A stretch of 63,958 nucleotides of DNA, filler included, from an uncultured Myxococcia bacterium (GCA_964617105.1; 4 parts of 4 records of this genome joined end to end with filler, not necessarily neighbours in it); one strand, 5' to 3'; counted from the first letter of the whole stretch, positions 50,657-61,181 are shown. A program made the numbers and translations. Notes: generated by a model not told the origin, from the sequence alone.

Positions 50657-50696
50657 TTTTATTACTCCTATTCAGGTCGATCCGTATTCATTGATT

Positions 50697-53552
50697 TTAA
50701 TATTCTTGCTGTTCTACTAAAAACGCAGCATAATTTTTCACCAAAGGATGAGGATCTTTTAATGCTTCCTGGGCTATCCGCTTAAATTCATCCCTGCAGG
50801 TTAATTGTTGGAGAGTAAAAAGTGTAGTTTCCCGGACAATCGGATCTTTGGCTTTTAATTCGATAATCAGGCGATTTTTAAACTGGCCGAATTTTTTATA
50901 GGCAATATAATTAATGGTGCAGCAAGTGATCCAGGGGCTAGATTCGGTTAGCAGAAGTTTAATCCAATCGGGTTGGCTTTTGTGGACCAGTTTAATGTAG
51001 GAGGAAACCCGTCTTATTTGGTCGTCATCAGACAATTTTTCCAGAATGGGGAGAAGCAAACGTTTTTTCTCGTTGTCCAACAGGTTGTCTATCACTTCGA
51101 TAGCATTGGCTCTAACATTGACTACCGTACTTTTCAGGCCGTAATACACCAGTTCGATATTTTTTCTGGGATAGATAACTGCCAGGATGGTGAATAGTTC
51201 ATCGATAATTTTATTTTGTTTTTCTATCAGAGCTTGCTTTAAAAGTAGGCTGTCCGTTTCCTCGTTCAGTCCCATCTCCTTAATAATTACCAATTGCTGA
51301 TAGTAACGGGTCAATTCCTTGTAAATAAAATTGGTCAATTTTTTGTGGTTGAATTTTAAATTTGGATGGCGGTAGATTATTTGGTTGATCCCTTTGACCA
51401 CATTCATTCTCAACTCATCATCCATCTCATCCATATGCAACTGTAAAATTTTTAGCGCTGCAGGAGAGGCGATTTTGGCCAATATTTTGGCTATATTGCG
51501 TTTTTTGTAAAGGTCTTCCTTGGGAGAAGTCAACACTTTGGTCAACTGCTCTTCTATATTATTAAATTTTGCCAGGGCGGTAATAGATACTTTTACGGTG
51601 TCTTTTTTACCCAGGTGGTCCAGCAAAATAGGCAGTAATTCAGGACTGGTCAATTTGCCAGCTGCCATTATGGCTTCAATTTTTACTTCCAGGGAGGAAT
51701 CGTTCAATAAACTTATTAAGGGATGGTAGAAGTTTTTTACCCCAATTTCTCCCAAGACTTGAGCACCATGTTGACGTGATTTTTGGGCTTCATTGTGCAG
51801 GAGTCCCTTTAATTCATCGGCGGCATGCAGGATACCGTCTAATCCTCCGTATTTGATTAATCCCACCAGGCAGGCTTTTTTCAGTTGCGGAGATTTGGAG
51901 TTGAGATAGGGCAGCACATCATCAATGGCTTTCTCTTTACCCAGACAACAATAGGTCAAACAGGCGGCAGCCTTAACTACTGATGGGGAATCATCATCTA
52001 ATATTATTTCTCTGATCCAGCAGGCGTAATCTTCACCTCCGGCTCTACCCAGGTATTGAATAGCCTTGATTCTCACTTCTGAGGTGCGGTGAAAAATAAG
52101 TTCTCCCAATTCGGGCCGCCAGTCGAAGTTGGTAACATGGGGCAGCAACTCCAGGGCATGCAATATTTCCCGATCACTGGAGTCACTGTGAAGGGTTCTG
52201 CAAAGGATCTCTTTGGTGATGTCATCGGAAATATTTATAGAGGAATCGGAAAAGTTTAATTTTCGGCTCTTGAGAGTATCAAGTAAAGAAGATACATACT
52301 CTTTTTTGATCCGAATAGTAAGTACCAGCCAAATTACTAAAAGCACCAGAGTCATTATTCCGATCCAGAAAAGCCCGGCGGTTTTTGAAAGACCATAGAT
52401 AATGGCGCCTGAAACTCCAATAGAGAGAGGTTTTAATATGCCATCGATAAAAGCCTTAGCCCGTCCCCTGACATGACCGGGAACCGGAATGTAGAGCAGT
52501 TGAGTGGAGGCATCGTTGATAGTGTAGCGGAAAACATTTTCACTACCCTTGGCTAAAATTGCCGGGATGATCAAGGGCCAGAATGTCATGGCGGCAGAGC
52601 CTCCCAGAAGGGCTATAGGCAAAATCAGCATGGCGCTCATAATACCGTATCGCTCCAGCAGGCGAGAAGTGATAAGGAACTGGATAACTCCGGCTATAAC
52701 TCCAGTATATAAGTAGAAATCAGCAAAAAAGGTGGCCATATCGTGGGCTTCTTTAAAAGATTCTTTGGCAATGTATTTAAACTGATAATCCACAAATGTA
52801 GTGGCTAAGAAAGTGCAGGCCACAATGCCGGCAATGATTTTTAGATGGTTTGATGAAAGCACCCGCAGGCTGTCGGAGGAGAAGGCTATTCCACTTTTTC
52901 CGGTTTTTTTAACTGGAGAAAGGTGGGAGGTAATTAGTTGGTTGCGGCAAAGTTTACCCAGGACATAGACAATAATAATTATAAATAAAAAATTGACGGC
53001 GCAGAGAAACATTAAATTTTCCGGACCATAATCTTTAGCCATAGATCTAATGGTTAGGCCGGCGATAATATTGGCCAAAACCCCCCCGCCGCCGATAAGG
53101 CCAAATAATCGTTTACCTTCACGGGGGTTAAAAATGTCGTTGGCAAAAGTCCAGAATTGGATAATGATCAGAGAACCAAAGACCTCTACCCAAACATAAA
53201 AGACAGGGTAAAAAGTGTTGCCTATTTGATCCACCAGCCAGCGGCTTATCAATATTGAGCAAAAGATCAGACTGGTTATGATTAAAATAAGTCGATCCCG
53301 CCGTACCTGGTCAGCGAACTTAGAGTAAATATAGGAGATAATACTTACCGTAATAGCGACCGCGATATACATCAGGGGCAAATAGGAAATATCCCACCTC
53401 TTTAAAAAGAGGGTATCGCGGATTACCCGGCCGGTAATAAAAGCGCTCACCACGTTGGTGAGATAAAAGAACATCAACAGGGTCCTGGCGAATTCACCCT
53501 GCCTGATATGGAAAAGGTCGTCCAGGATATTGTAGAACACCGTTTTTTGCAT
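50697..53552 (-). CDS. Npt1/Npt2 (TLC/NTT-like) MFS transporter fused to HEAT repeats
   Basis: RD.LFL, QFW.FAN..F..RE.KRLF..I..GG, VDYQFK, LYIP.P...R..AK.FID; C-terminal HEAT repeats. Confidence 0.85.
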   Translation of the reverse strand: MQKTVFYNILDDLFHIRQGEFARTLLMFFYLTNVVSAFITGRVIRDTLFLKRWDISYLPLMYIAVAITVSIISYIYSKFADQVRRDRLILIITSLIFCSILISRWLVDQIGNTFYPVFYVWVEVFGSLIIIQFWTFANDIFNPREGKRLFGLIGGGGVLANIIAGLTIRSMAKDYGPENLMFLCAVNFLFIIIIVYVLGKLCRNQLITSHLSPVKKTGKSGIAFSSDSLRVLSSNHLKIIAGIVACTFLATTFVDYQFKYIAKESFKEAHDMATFFADFYLYTGVIAGVIQFLITSRLLERYGIMSAMLILPIALLGGSAAMTFWPLIIPAILAKGSENVFRYTINDASTQLLYIPVPGHVRGRAKAFIDGILKPLSIGVSGAIIYGLSKTAGLFWIGIMTLVLLVIWLVLTIRIKKEYVSSLLDTLKSRKLNFSDSSINISDDITKEILCRTLHSDSSDREILHALELLPHVTNFDWRPELGELIFHRTSEVRIKAIQYLGRAGGEDYACWIREIILDDDSPSVVKAAACLTYCCLGKEKAIDDVLPYLNSKSPQLKKACLVGLIKYGGLDGILHAADELKGLLHNEAQKSRQHGAQVLGEIGVKNFYHPLISLLNDSSLEVKIEAIMAAGKLTSPELLPILLDHLGKKDTVKVSITALAKFNNIEEQLTKVLTSPKEDLYKKRNIAKILAKIASPAALKILQLHMDEMDDELRMNVVKGINQIIYRHPNLKFNHKKLTNFIYKELTRYYQQLVIIKEMGLNEETDSLLLKQALIEKQNKIIDELFTILAVIYPRKNIELVYYGLKSTVVNVRANAIEVIDNLLDNEKKRLLLPILEKLSDDDQIRRVSSYIKLVHKSQPDWIKLLLTESSPWITCCTINYIAYKKFGQFKNRLIIELKAKDPIVRETTLFTLQQLTCRDEFKRIAQEALKDPHPLVKNYAAFLVEQQEY

Positions 53553-53651
53553 AGATTAAATCATAGCATATTAACCTCTTTTTCTTCAAGCAATTAGATG
53601 ATATAGTGGACGAAAAGATTTTTAGATCTATACCGGGAAATTACCGTAAAA

Positions 53652-54449
53652 ATGGTTAGTTTATTTTTGATAGAACTTTTAAAATATAGGTGGCCGGGGA
53701 AAGGTTATTTTCCTACTGTTTTGGCAAGAACAATTTGTTTTTGGGCAATTTTGCTGCTCTGTTGTCCATCGATACAAGCCGGGTACACCGACAAGGTTAC
53801 TCTGGCCCAGTTGAAATACCAGGGCGGGAACTGGAATCCCAGGAATAATGCTTTAAAACGGCTGGCCTGGGAAATGGTTAAACGGACTAGTATGGATATG
53901 GAATTGGAGCCCAAGATCCTATCTTTGGATGATCCAGAATTGGCCTATTACCCTTTTCTCTACATGGTGGGAGAGGAGGATTTTGAAGATTTTTCAGACC
54001 TTCAGATTAAAATATTACGCAATTATTTGATCAGAGGTGGGATGTTGTTGGTTGATTCCGTGGCTGATAGCCCCCGGTTCGATGCTCGGTTGAGAAAAAT
54101 GTTGGCATTGGTTTTACCGGGGGCAAAAATAGGGCCGGTATCTTCTGACCATGTGCTCTACCAGAGTTTCTATATGGTAAATTATCCAGCCGGCAGAATA
54201 CTTAACAAATCCTATATGGAGGCTATGGAGTATGATGGCAGGCTGGTGGTGCTCTATTCTCATAATGACATGGCTGGCGCCTGGGAGCGTGATAGTTTTG
54301 GTAGTTATCTTTTTGATGTTGTCCCTGGCGGCGCCGGTCAAAGGGAGATGGTGTTCAGGTTGGGGGCCAATATCCTCATGTATGCTCTGTGTCAGGATTA
54401 CAAGAAAGACCAGGTTCACATCCCCTTTATTTTAAAGCGAAGACGCTAA
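53652..54449 (+). CDS. DUF4159-domain protein
   Basis: YPFLY..G, LR.YL..GG.L.VD, S.ND..GAW, R.G.NI..YAL..DYK.DQVH. Confidence 0.82.
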   Translation: MVSLFLIELLKYRWPGKGYFPTVLARTICFWAILLLCCPSIQAGYTDKVTLAQLKYQGGNWNPRNNALKRLAWEMVKRTSMDMELEPKILSLDDPELAYYPFLYMVGEEDFEDFSDLQIKILRNYLIRGGMLLVDSVADSPRFDARLRKMLALVLPGAKIGPVSSDHVLYQSFYMVNYPAGRILNKSYMEAMEYDGRLVVLYSHNDMAGAWERDSFGSYLFDVVPGGAGQREMVFRLGANILMYALCQDYKKDQVHIPFILKRRR

Positions 54450-56334
54450 ATGTTTGACCTGTTAAGTAAAATCCCCGCCCAATACGATCTGGTGGAGATG
54501 GGAATCTCTTTTCCTTTTAACCAGTGGTTTTTAGTTTTTTTGGTGCTTTTAGTGCCGGGTCTGATTTTTCTCTCCTATTGGGGTATAAAGTCCTGCCGCC
54601 GCCGATGGCAAAAAGTGGCTTTACTCTTTTTACGCTCCATGGCAATCATAATGATTTTGGGGTTAATTCTGCAGCCTCACCTTAAATTTGCCGATTTAAG
54701 CCGGGAGAAAAATATTTTAGCCCTGTTGGTGGATACCTCCAGTTCCATGAATTTACCAGCCGGAGCCGACTTTGATGGGAGTAGATTGCAGAGAGTGCAG
54801 AAATACCTCACTGCTCACCAAAGAGAGATAGAGAAATTATCTGAGATTTTTACAATTAAATTTTACCAGTTCCATGCTTCTCTACAAGAGAGTTCTTTGG
54901 ATGCCATCTTGAAGTTAAAAAAAGGAATTGGAATCAGAACTGATCTTTATCGGGCGTTAAGCAGCCTGAAAAACCATAGTAGCAGAGAAACTGTCGCTGC
55001 GGTGGTGTTCAGTGATGGAGCAGATACCGAACTGTTTTCCCGGGCATCGGTTCCGACCAAAGGGGGAAATCAGGAGAATCAAAGCCTGCGATCACTGTTG
55101 GACCACATATTGGCAGGCACCAAAGTATATACCCTTTCTCCGCAATTTCCATCCAGAATGAAAGATTTAAGCATATTGAGGGTAAAATATGATCTGTTTG
55201 CCTTTGTTCACAATACTATCGAAGTGGAGGTGGAGGTGGAGGCTGCCGGGATATCAGCCTCCCAGGTGCCGGTTACGCTAAAAAGGGGAGAGCAGGTGAT
55301 AACCTCCAGGATGGTCAGTCTGAAAACAGATGGGAAAGAGGGCAGCCGGGGCAAGGTAGTTTTTTCTTTTGCGCCAGCCAGCACCGGAAAATATATCTAC
55401 AGCGTTTCCGTGCCGGTGCAGCCCGGAGAAATTATGGCCGATAACAACCAGCGCAGTTTTATTATCAAGGTTATCAGGGATAAAATCAGAATTTTACAGG
55501 TGGCGGGAAAACCCACCTGGGACGTAAAATTTTTGCGCTCTTTTTTAAAGAATAATCCCAATATAGACCTGATCTCTTTTTTTATTTTGCGCACTTTAAG
55601 TGATGTGCAGACTGTGCCAAATCGAGAGCTTTCTCTGATCCCCTTTCCCACCCATGAATTGTTCACCAAGCAGATAAACAGTTTTGATCTGGTGATATTT
55701 CAAAATTTTAACTATGCACCTTACAATATGCAGATATATTTGAAAAATATCCGTGATTTTGTCATCAACCAGGGAGGTGGTTTTGTGATGGTAGGCGGAG
55801 ATCTCTCTTTTAACCGCGGGCGTTATGCCAGTACCTATATTGAAGAGATCTTGCCGGTTACTTTGGCCGAGTCCGGGGAACATTTCGGTTGGGGCGATGG
55901 AAAGTTGGGCTTTGAGGGCCAATATAAGAGTAAATATTCACCCCGCTTGACCGAAATCGGCCGTTGGCATCCTGTCACTATGTTGGCGGAATTGTATGAA
56001 GATAATCGGGCAGTATGGCAAAAAATGCCGCTTCTGGAGGGGATCAACAATGTAACCGGCGTTAAACCGGGCAGCAGTGCCCTGTTAGTCCACCCTTTTA
56101 TCAGCCACAACGGGAATAATATCCCGGTAATTGCGGCGGGCGAGTTTGGCAGGGGTCGCAGTTTGGCGATAAGCACCGATTCTTTATGGTTTTATCAACG
56201 GCTTGGTCCAATTTCTAAAAATTATTATACCAGGTTTTGGAAAAATGCTATCCATTGGCTGATAAAAGATCCGAAACTTTCGCGAATCAAGGCCAGCACC
56301 ACCAGGGAATACTTTTTCCCATCCGAACCGGTAC
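54450..56334 (+). CDS. Membrane protein with vWA-like and glutamine amidotransferase-like (DUF1355-like) domains; 3' truncated
   Basis: LVD.S.SM, FSDG.D, SFFILRT, EL.LIPFP..ELF, GGGF.MVGG..SF, G.GR; runs into linker. Confidence 0.72.
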
Positions 56335-56434
56335 NNNNNNNNNNNNNNNNNNNNNNNNNNNNNNNNNNNNNNNNNNNNTTAATTAATTAANNNNNNNNNN
56401 NNNNNNNNNNNNNNNNNNNNNNNNNNNNNNNNNN
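56335..56434. other. Artificial contig linker
   Basis: N44-TTAATTAATTAA-N44. Confidence 0.97.
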
Positions 56435-56569
56435 GGGCTTATTTTGGGGGTTGTGCCGGAAAAAATCACGGCCGTGTTGGCAGATTTGAGATCAACTGGT
56501 ATTGATAATAGCGTTATTATTGGAGAAGTAGTGAGCAGTTGTCTTGCGGGGCAATTGGAGGTGGTGTAA
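56435..56569 (+). CDS. selD: C-terminal fragment of AIRS_C-family enzyme, probably selenide,water dikinase
   Basis: GLILGVVPEKITAVLADLRSTGIDNSVIIGEVV...LEVV* resembles the SelD C-terminus; not in ORF track. Confidence 0.6.
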   Translation, partial: GLILGVVPEKITAVLADLRSTGIDNSVIIGEVVSSCLAGQLEVV

Positions 56570-56578
56570 TAAAGTTTA

Positions 56579-56607
56579 TTGACAGCAATGGAGATGTGGG
56601 GTATAAA
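56579..56607 (+). promoter_or_regulatory. Sigma70 promoter of tRNA-Val
   Basis: TTGACA-N17-TATAAA, 12 nt upstream of tRNA. Confidence 0.75.
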
Positions 56608-56619
56608 AATAAGCTATAG

Positions 56620-56694
<75 letters not shown>

Positions 56695-56857
56695 AGTTAG
56701 TCCATCCAAACCCCCATATTCCGGATGGAAAAGATATAAATGGAGTTGGTTGTACCAAATAGCCGCAAAAGGGATTAGTAATCCCCAAAAAAACAGGCGG
56801 GTACATTCCACTCCATTTTTTTTGGAACCAGGGTAAAAAGTCTATTTAAGGCTTTTT

Positions 56858-59749
56858 ATGAGATCATCACAAGTGGCAGATAATAATCAAAAAAAACATG
56901 TTTTGCTAGAACGATTCAGGCTAGGTATTAGGGGTAGAATACTGTTAATTAGCAGTATTTTAATCGTCATGATGCTGATGATGACCCTCTATCTGCTGGA
57001 TAAATTATCCAACAGTTTGGAAAATAACATGGAATTCCATGTTAAAAGTACCAGAGACAACATATTTCGCAACTTGGCCAGCATCCAATCTCAATCCTTG
57101 GCCTATGCCAGGATGCTGAGTTCAATTGATCTAATTAAAAGCAGTATAGACAACCGTTTTATCGGTGAGTTACAGAAACAGATTAAACCGGTAATCAAAG
57201 ATTTGCATGTGGATTTAATAGCGGTGTACGACCGCGATGGGCAGGAGTTGGTAAAGGTAGAATCAGATGAGGCCCAGGAGGTTTCTTTCCAAGTTGAAAG
57301 TGTAGATAAAAAGGGAAATAAATTGCCAGCCTTGAACTTTGGGGTTACCCCGGGTGATTTTCAGGCTGACTACAGAAAAGATTTTCTCAATTTTTTAAAA
57401 TATTTGCAGCAAAATGTGGGCTACCAGTTCAGGCTGATAGTTTCTCAAGACTATTTTTCCCTGGCCCGAGATATTGCCAGGGGATATATCCATGTTGGAT
57501 GGATGCCGCCTGCTGCTTATGTGACCGCCAGAGAGGCCTTTAAGGACAACGTGGTTTACCTGGCTAGCGCCCGGGGAAAAGAGGAAAAATATTATCGTGG
57601 ATACATAGCGGTCAGGGCTGATTCTAAAATAACCAGCCTGTCTCAGTTGAAGGGCAAAATTTTTGCTTTTGTAGATCCAGAATCGTCCTCTGGATACAAA
57701 TTCCCATATATTACCCTGTTTGAAAATGGTATAGACCCCAGCCTGGATTTTTCCCAGGTATATTTCATGGGAACCCATGAGAATGTAGTAAGGGCAATAA
57801 TTGAAGGCAAAGTTGATGCTGGGGCGATTTTTAAGGATGTATTCAATCTGCTTGAAGATTCTCTAAGCCTGGATAATTTTAGAATTTTGAAATCCACCGA
57901 TCCTATTCCGCAAAATGCGGTAGTGGCTTCTGCAACTGTTGATATCCAAACCCGGCGAAAACTACGCCAGGCCCTGGTTAGTCTGGATGAAAAGGAGGGT
58001 CAGGCCTCAACACTATTGAAAGCATATGAATTGAGTGGTTTTCAGGTATTTGATGATAGTTTTTATGATCCGATAAAAAAGGTCAATCGTTTACTAAGCA
58101 AGATAAAACAACCGATTTTTAATCGCCGTTCACTTCAAGCGGTGGAAAAGACGGCGAAAACCAAGAAAAAGAGGGTGATTAGCAACCAGAGCCGGCTTAA
58201 TTTTTACAAGATGGACAATGACTATCTAATGGCGGCTATCTCTCCGGTACACCATATTAGCGGAGAGATTATCGGTGATATATTGGTGGGGTACAAACTG
58301 GATCGCTCTTTTTATCAGAGAGTTGTAGGAGATAAAACCCCGTTGGTCAATATGGCCTTTTTTGATGATACCAAAATTATTTTCAACACTTTTCTTCCTG
58401 GCCAACTTCCTCTGGAGTTTTTTGAACAGTCTGACCAACCAATAAACCAGATAAAAACTATTCAGGGAGAAAACTATCAATTTACCGTTGGCAATCCTTT
58501 TCGCCTATTATCACCAGATAAAGGCGCTTCAATGGCAGAAGCTGCAGAAAAAACAAAAACAAAAACTAAAACCAGGATGGTTCTGGGTATCAACAATTCT
58601 GAATTGTCTCGTAATTTGATCCACACTCGGGTGAGTTTATTGCTGGGCACTTTGATAATTGTCATTATTACCATTTTCATGGCTCAATTATTGGCCAGTC
58701 AACTCTATCGTCCTATCGCCCAACTGATGGACAAAGCCGAGTTGATTGGGGCGGGTGCTTTGAATAAAACTTTGGAAGATGGCCAGAGCGATACTGCAGT
58801 TAGAGAAATTCGGGTTTTAGGAAAAATATTTGAAAAGATGCGTATCTCCTTAAAAGAGAGGATCGAGGAGATTGGTGAGTTGAACCGGCAATTGGAAAGC
58901 AAGGTAAAAAAACGCACCCAGGCTTTGGAAAAGAGCAAAAATGCTATTGAGAAACAAGCCAAGCGGTTAAAAAAATATAAGCAGAAGATCCGTGAAGATT
59001 TAAAATTAGCCAGAAAAGTACAAAAAACTTTTTTGCCAAAATCTTTGCCTAAATTTAAGGGCCTTAATATTCAAGCCCTCTATATCCCTTCAGAAGAGTT
59101 GTCGGGAGATTTTTATCAGGTGTTGCCTTTAGATGACAAAAGACTTTTATTTTGCACTGCCGATGTATCTGGTCACGGCATATCTTCTGCCTTTGTCACC
59201 ACCCTGGTGATGGATTGTTTTGAGATTCAGTTTAACCAACTTTTTCAGAATTTTTCCCACGCCAAAAAATATTCTCTGGCCAATATGCTGGAGAATATTC
59301 ACCGAGAACTCTATCCCAAAATAGAGGGACTCCATTTTGTTACCATGTTTTTAGGTATTATAGATTTGCAGGCCATGGAGTTGCGGTACTCCAATTCCGG
59401 GGCTCCAGGTCCAGTTCTCTACAATCCAAAATCAGAAAACCTGCGGAAAATCTTTCTGCCCAGTCTTCCTCTGGGCGCAATTGAAGAAGTTTTATATGAG
59501 GATAAAACCGAAATTATCCTACCCAATGATCGTATCTCCATTGTCAGTGATGGAGTTATCGAGTGCTCACATCAGGATGGAAATTTCTTTGGTTTTAATG
59601 ATTATGTAAGATATGTAAGTCAGTTTGACGGCAATGATGAAGAATTTATCTCTGGTTTGATAAATAATTTGCGCCAGTTCAACGGTAAGAAGAATTTTTA
59701 TGATGATATTACCGCTATCTATTTTTCGGTCAGCACCCCGGGTGCCTAA
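56858..59749 (+). CDS. Membrane sensor phosphatase: Cache domain with inserted PhnD-type binding domain, HAMP, SpoIIE/PP2C
   Basis: Two TMs; LKGK.FAFVDP.SSSGY..P, G.HE.V...I..GKVDAGA (PhnD); A..VQ..FLP, SGDFY, ADVSGHG, SDG, DDIT (PP2C). Confidence 0.85.
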   Translation: MRSSQVADNNQKKHVLLERFRLGIRGRILLISSILIVMMLMMTLYLLDKLSNSLENNMEFHVKSTRDNIFRNLASIQSQSLAYARMLSSIDLIKSSIDNRFIGELQKQIKPVIKDLHVDLIAVYDRDGQELVKVESDEAQEVSFQVESVDKKGNKLPALNFGVTPGDFQADYRKDFLNFLKYLQQNVGYQFRLIVSQDYFSLARDIARGYIHVGWMPPAAYVTAREAFKDNVVYLASARGKEEKYYRGYIAVRADSKITSLSQLKGKIFAFVDPESSSGYKFPYITLFENGIDPSLDFSQVYFMGTHENVVRAIIEGKVDAGAIFKDVFNLLEDSLSLDNFRILKSTDPIPQNAVVASATVDIQTRRKLRQALVSLDEKEGQASTLLKAYELSGFQVFDDSFYDPIKKVNRLLSKIKQPIFNRRSLQAVEKTAKTKKKRVISNQSRLNFYKMDNDYLMAAISPVHHISGEIIGDILVGYKLDRSFYQRVVGDKTPLVNMAFFDDTKIIFNTFLPGQLPLEFFEQSDQPINQIKTIQGENYQFTVGNPFRLLSPDKGASMAEAAEKTKTKTKTRMVLGINNSELSRNLIHTRVSLLLGTLIIVIITIFMAQLLASQLYRPIAQLMDKAELIGAGALNKTLEDGQSDTAVREIRVLGKIFEKMRISLKERIEEIGELNRQLESKVKKRTQALEKSKNAIEKQAKRLKKYKQKIREDLKLARKVQKTFLPKSLPKFKGLNIQALYIPSEELSGDFYQVLPLDDKRLLFCTADVSGHGISSAFVTTLVMDCFEIQFNQLFQNFSHAKKYSLANMLENIHRELYPKIEGLHFVTMFLGIIDLQAMELRYSNSGAPGPVLYNPKSENLRKIFLPSLPLGAIEEVLYEDKTEIILPNDRISIVSDGVIECSHQDGNFFGFNDYVRYVSQFDGNDEEFISGLINNLRQFNGKKNFYDDITAIYFSVSTPGA

Positions 59750-59755
59750 ATTCAC

Positions 59756-60832
59756 ATGAATTCTCTGATCATTCCTCTATTTTTGTCTTCCCCCATTTCC
59801 TGCCAATTCAACTGTCTTTACTGTAACCGCTATATTTTAAACCAACAGAGGATGGAGACCGGTTTTCTCGCCCTGGATCCCGATTCTCCTAAAGAGGAGA
59901 TTGCAACTTATATCGGTTCTCTGGTAAAACATTACCTGGGCTCTACTAAACGCCGTTATAAGACCAGGGTTTTAGCCTTTTACGGCTCCAATTTTACCGG
60001 TTTACCGGTTCAGATGCAAAAGAGATTGTTGTCCTCAGCCCAGGAACTAATCAAATCAGGAGCAATAGATACCCTACGCCTATCTACCAGGCCCGATTTT
60101 ATTGACACCTCCATAGTTGAAATGTTGAAAGTTTATCGGGTAACCCAGGTGGAGATGGGAGTGCAGTCTATGGAACCGAAGGTGCTGGAGGTGATTCAAA
60201 GGGGGCATGGCCGGGAACCGGTTATCCAGGCTGTCAAACTGCTAAAACGGGCTGGAATTATGTTAGGAATGCACCAAATGCTGGGATTACCCGGCGCAAC
60301 AGCAGAATCAGATCAAGAGAGCGCCAGGAGCATCGCCGCCTTGGCCCCAGGGTTTGTCCGGCTTTCCCCCACTCTGGTACTGGCTGGCACTGGTTTGGAA
60401 AAAATGATGAAAAAAGGTGAGTATATCCCTTTGTCTTTAGAAGAGGCGGTGGATAGGGCCAGTCATTGTCTGGATATTTATGACCAGGCCGGGATCCGGG
60501 TGGCCAGGTTAGGGCTGGACCCAATTTTTAAACAGGGTATCAGAGAGGATGCTGGCCAACCGGCTTTCTCAGGCCCTTTCCATCCATCCTTCAGGCAGAT
60601 GGTGGAGGGGAAACTGTTATTAGATAAAATCATAAACCAGTTAAAATATTTTATAACCTCCAACCCATCAAAAACTCGGGTAAATATCAAATACAATCCC
60701 AAAATGGAAACCTCTATGAGAGGTAAAGGTAATTGCAACTTATCAAAACTTACGCAAATATTTCCATCGGTTGTAATCGAGTTGGTTCAAGACAAAAAAT
60801 CACCACACTACCAGGTTCAGATTGGGATATAA
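59756..60832 (+). CDS. Radical SAM protein (Elp3/YhcC-like)
   Basis: CQFNCLYC, AFYG..FT, LSTRPD, E.GVQS, M.GLPG, GPFHPSFR..VE. Confidence 0.88.
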   Translation: MNSLIIPLFLSSPISCQFNCLYCNRYILNQQRMETGFLALDPDSPKEEIATYIGSLVKHYLGSTKRRYKTRVLAFYGSNFTGLPVQMQKRLLSSAQELIKSGAIDTLRLSTRPDFIDTSIVEMLKVYRVTQVEMGVQSMEPKVLEVIQRGHGREPVIQAVKLLKRAGIMLGMHQMLGLPGATAESDQESARSIAALAPGFVRLSPTLVLAGTGLEKMMKKGEYIPLSLEEAVDRASHCLDIYDQAGIRVARLGLDPIFKQGIREDAGQPAFSGPFHPSFRQMVEGKLLLDKIINQLKYFITSNPSKTRVNIKYNPKMETSMRGKGNCNLSKLTQIFPSVVIELVQDKKSPHYQVQIGI

Positions 60833-60849
60833 AAACCACCTATTTCTCT

Positions 60850-60960
60850 TTACGGCCGTAAACACCGAATATAGTTGCCATTGCCTTTTCCGTCAGAATA
60901 GACATATCCGCTGTCTAAATTCACATACCAGGCATCAAAAGAATCAGACCTATCAGACAA
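60850..60960 (-). pseudogene. Orphan 3' fragment of a DUF1566 (Lcl C-terminal, CLec-fold) gene
   Basis: Translates LSDRSDSFDAWYVNLDSGYVYSDGKGNGNYIRCLRP*, matching the AW.V.F..G.V....K....YVRCVR terminus. Confidence 0.65.
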
Positions 60961-60995
60961 CCCCAGGCACTTCCTTCGGGCGCACCCCAAGGGCA

Positions 60996-61028
60996 CCCGG
61001 GTTGACCTCGAGATCGAAATTTGCCACA
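60996..61028. repeat. Dispersed 33-bp repeat, copy 2
   Basis: cccgggttgacctcgagatcgaaatttgccaca, 30/33 identical to 18996-19028. Confidence 0.8.
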
Positions 61029-61181
61029 TGTCGAAATGCTCACCTCGAATAATACTTGCATAGTTCTGATAAAATATATAAAATAATATTTTTATTGTTT
61101 TGTTAGTAAAAAAGCCCCGGAACCATTCTTCATTCTTGGGGCAGACCCACGGCAGTTGCTTAAAAGTTTGATATCGAGGTT

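Noticed and set aside
60961-60986. GTGCGCCCG on minus strand as group II intron 5' end
   Set aside because: No domain V/VI or RT nearby; motif too short
60822-61052. 76-aa plus-strand ORF
   Set aside because: No motif; the region is better explained by the minus-strand DUF1566-like fragment and a dispersed repeat
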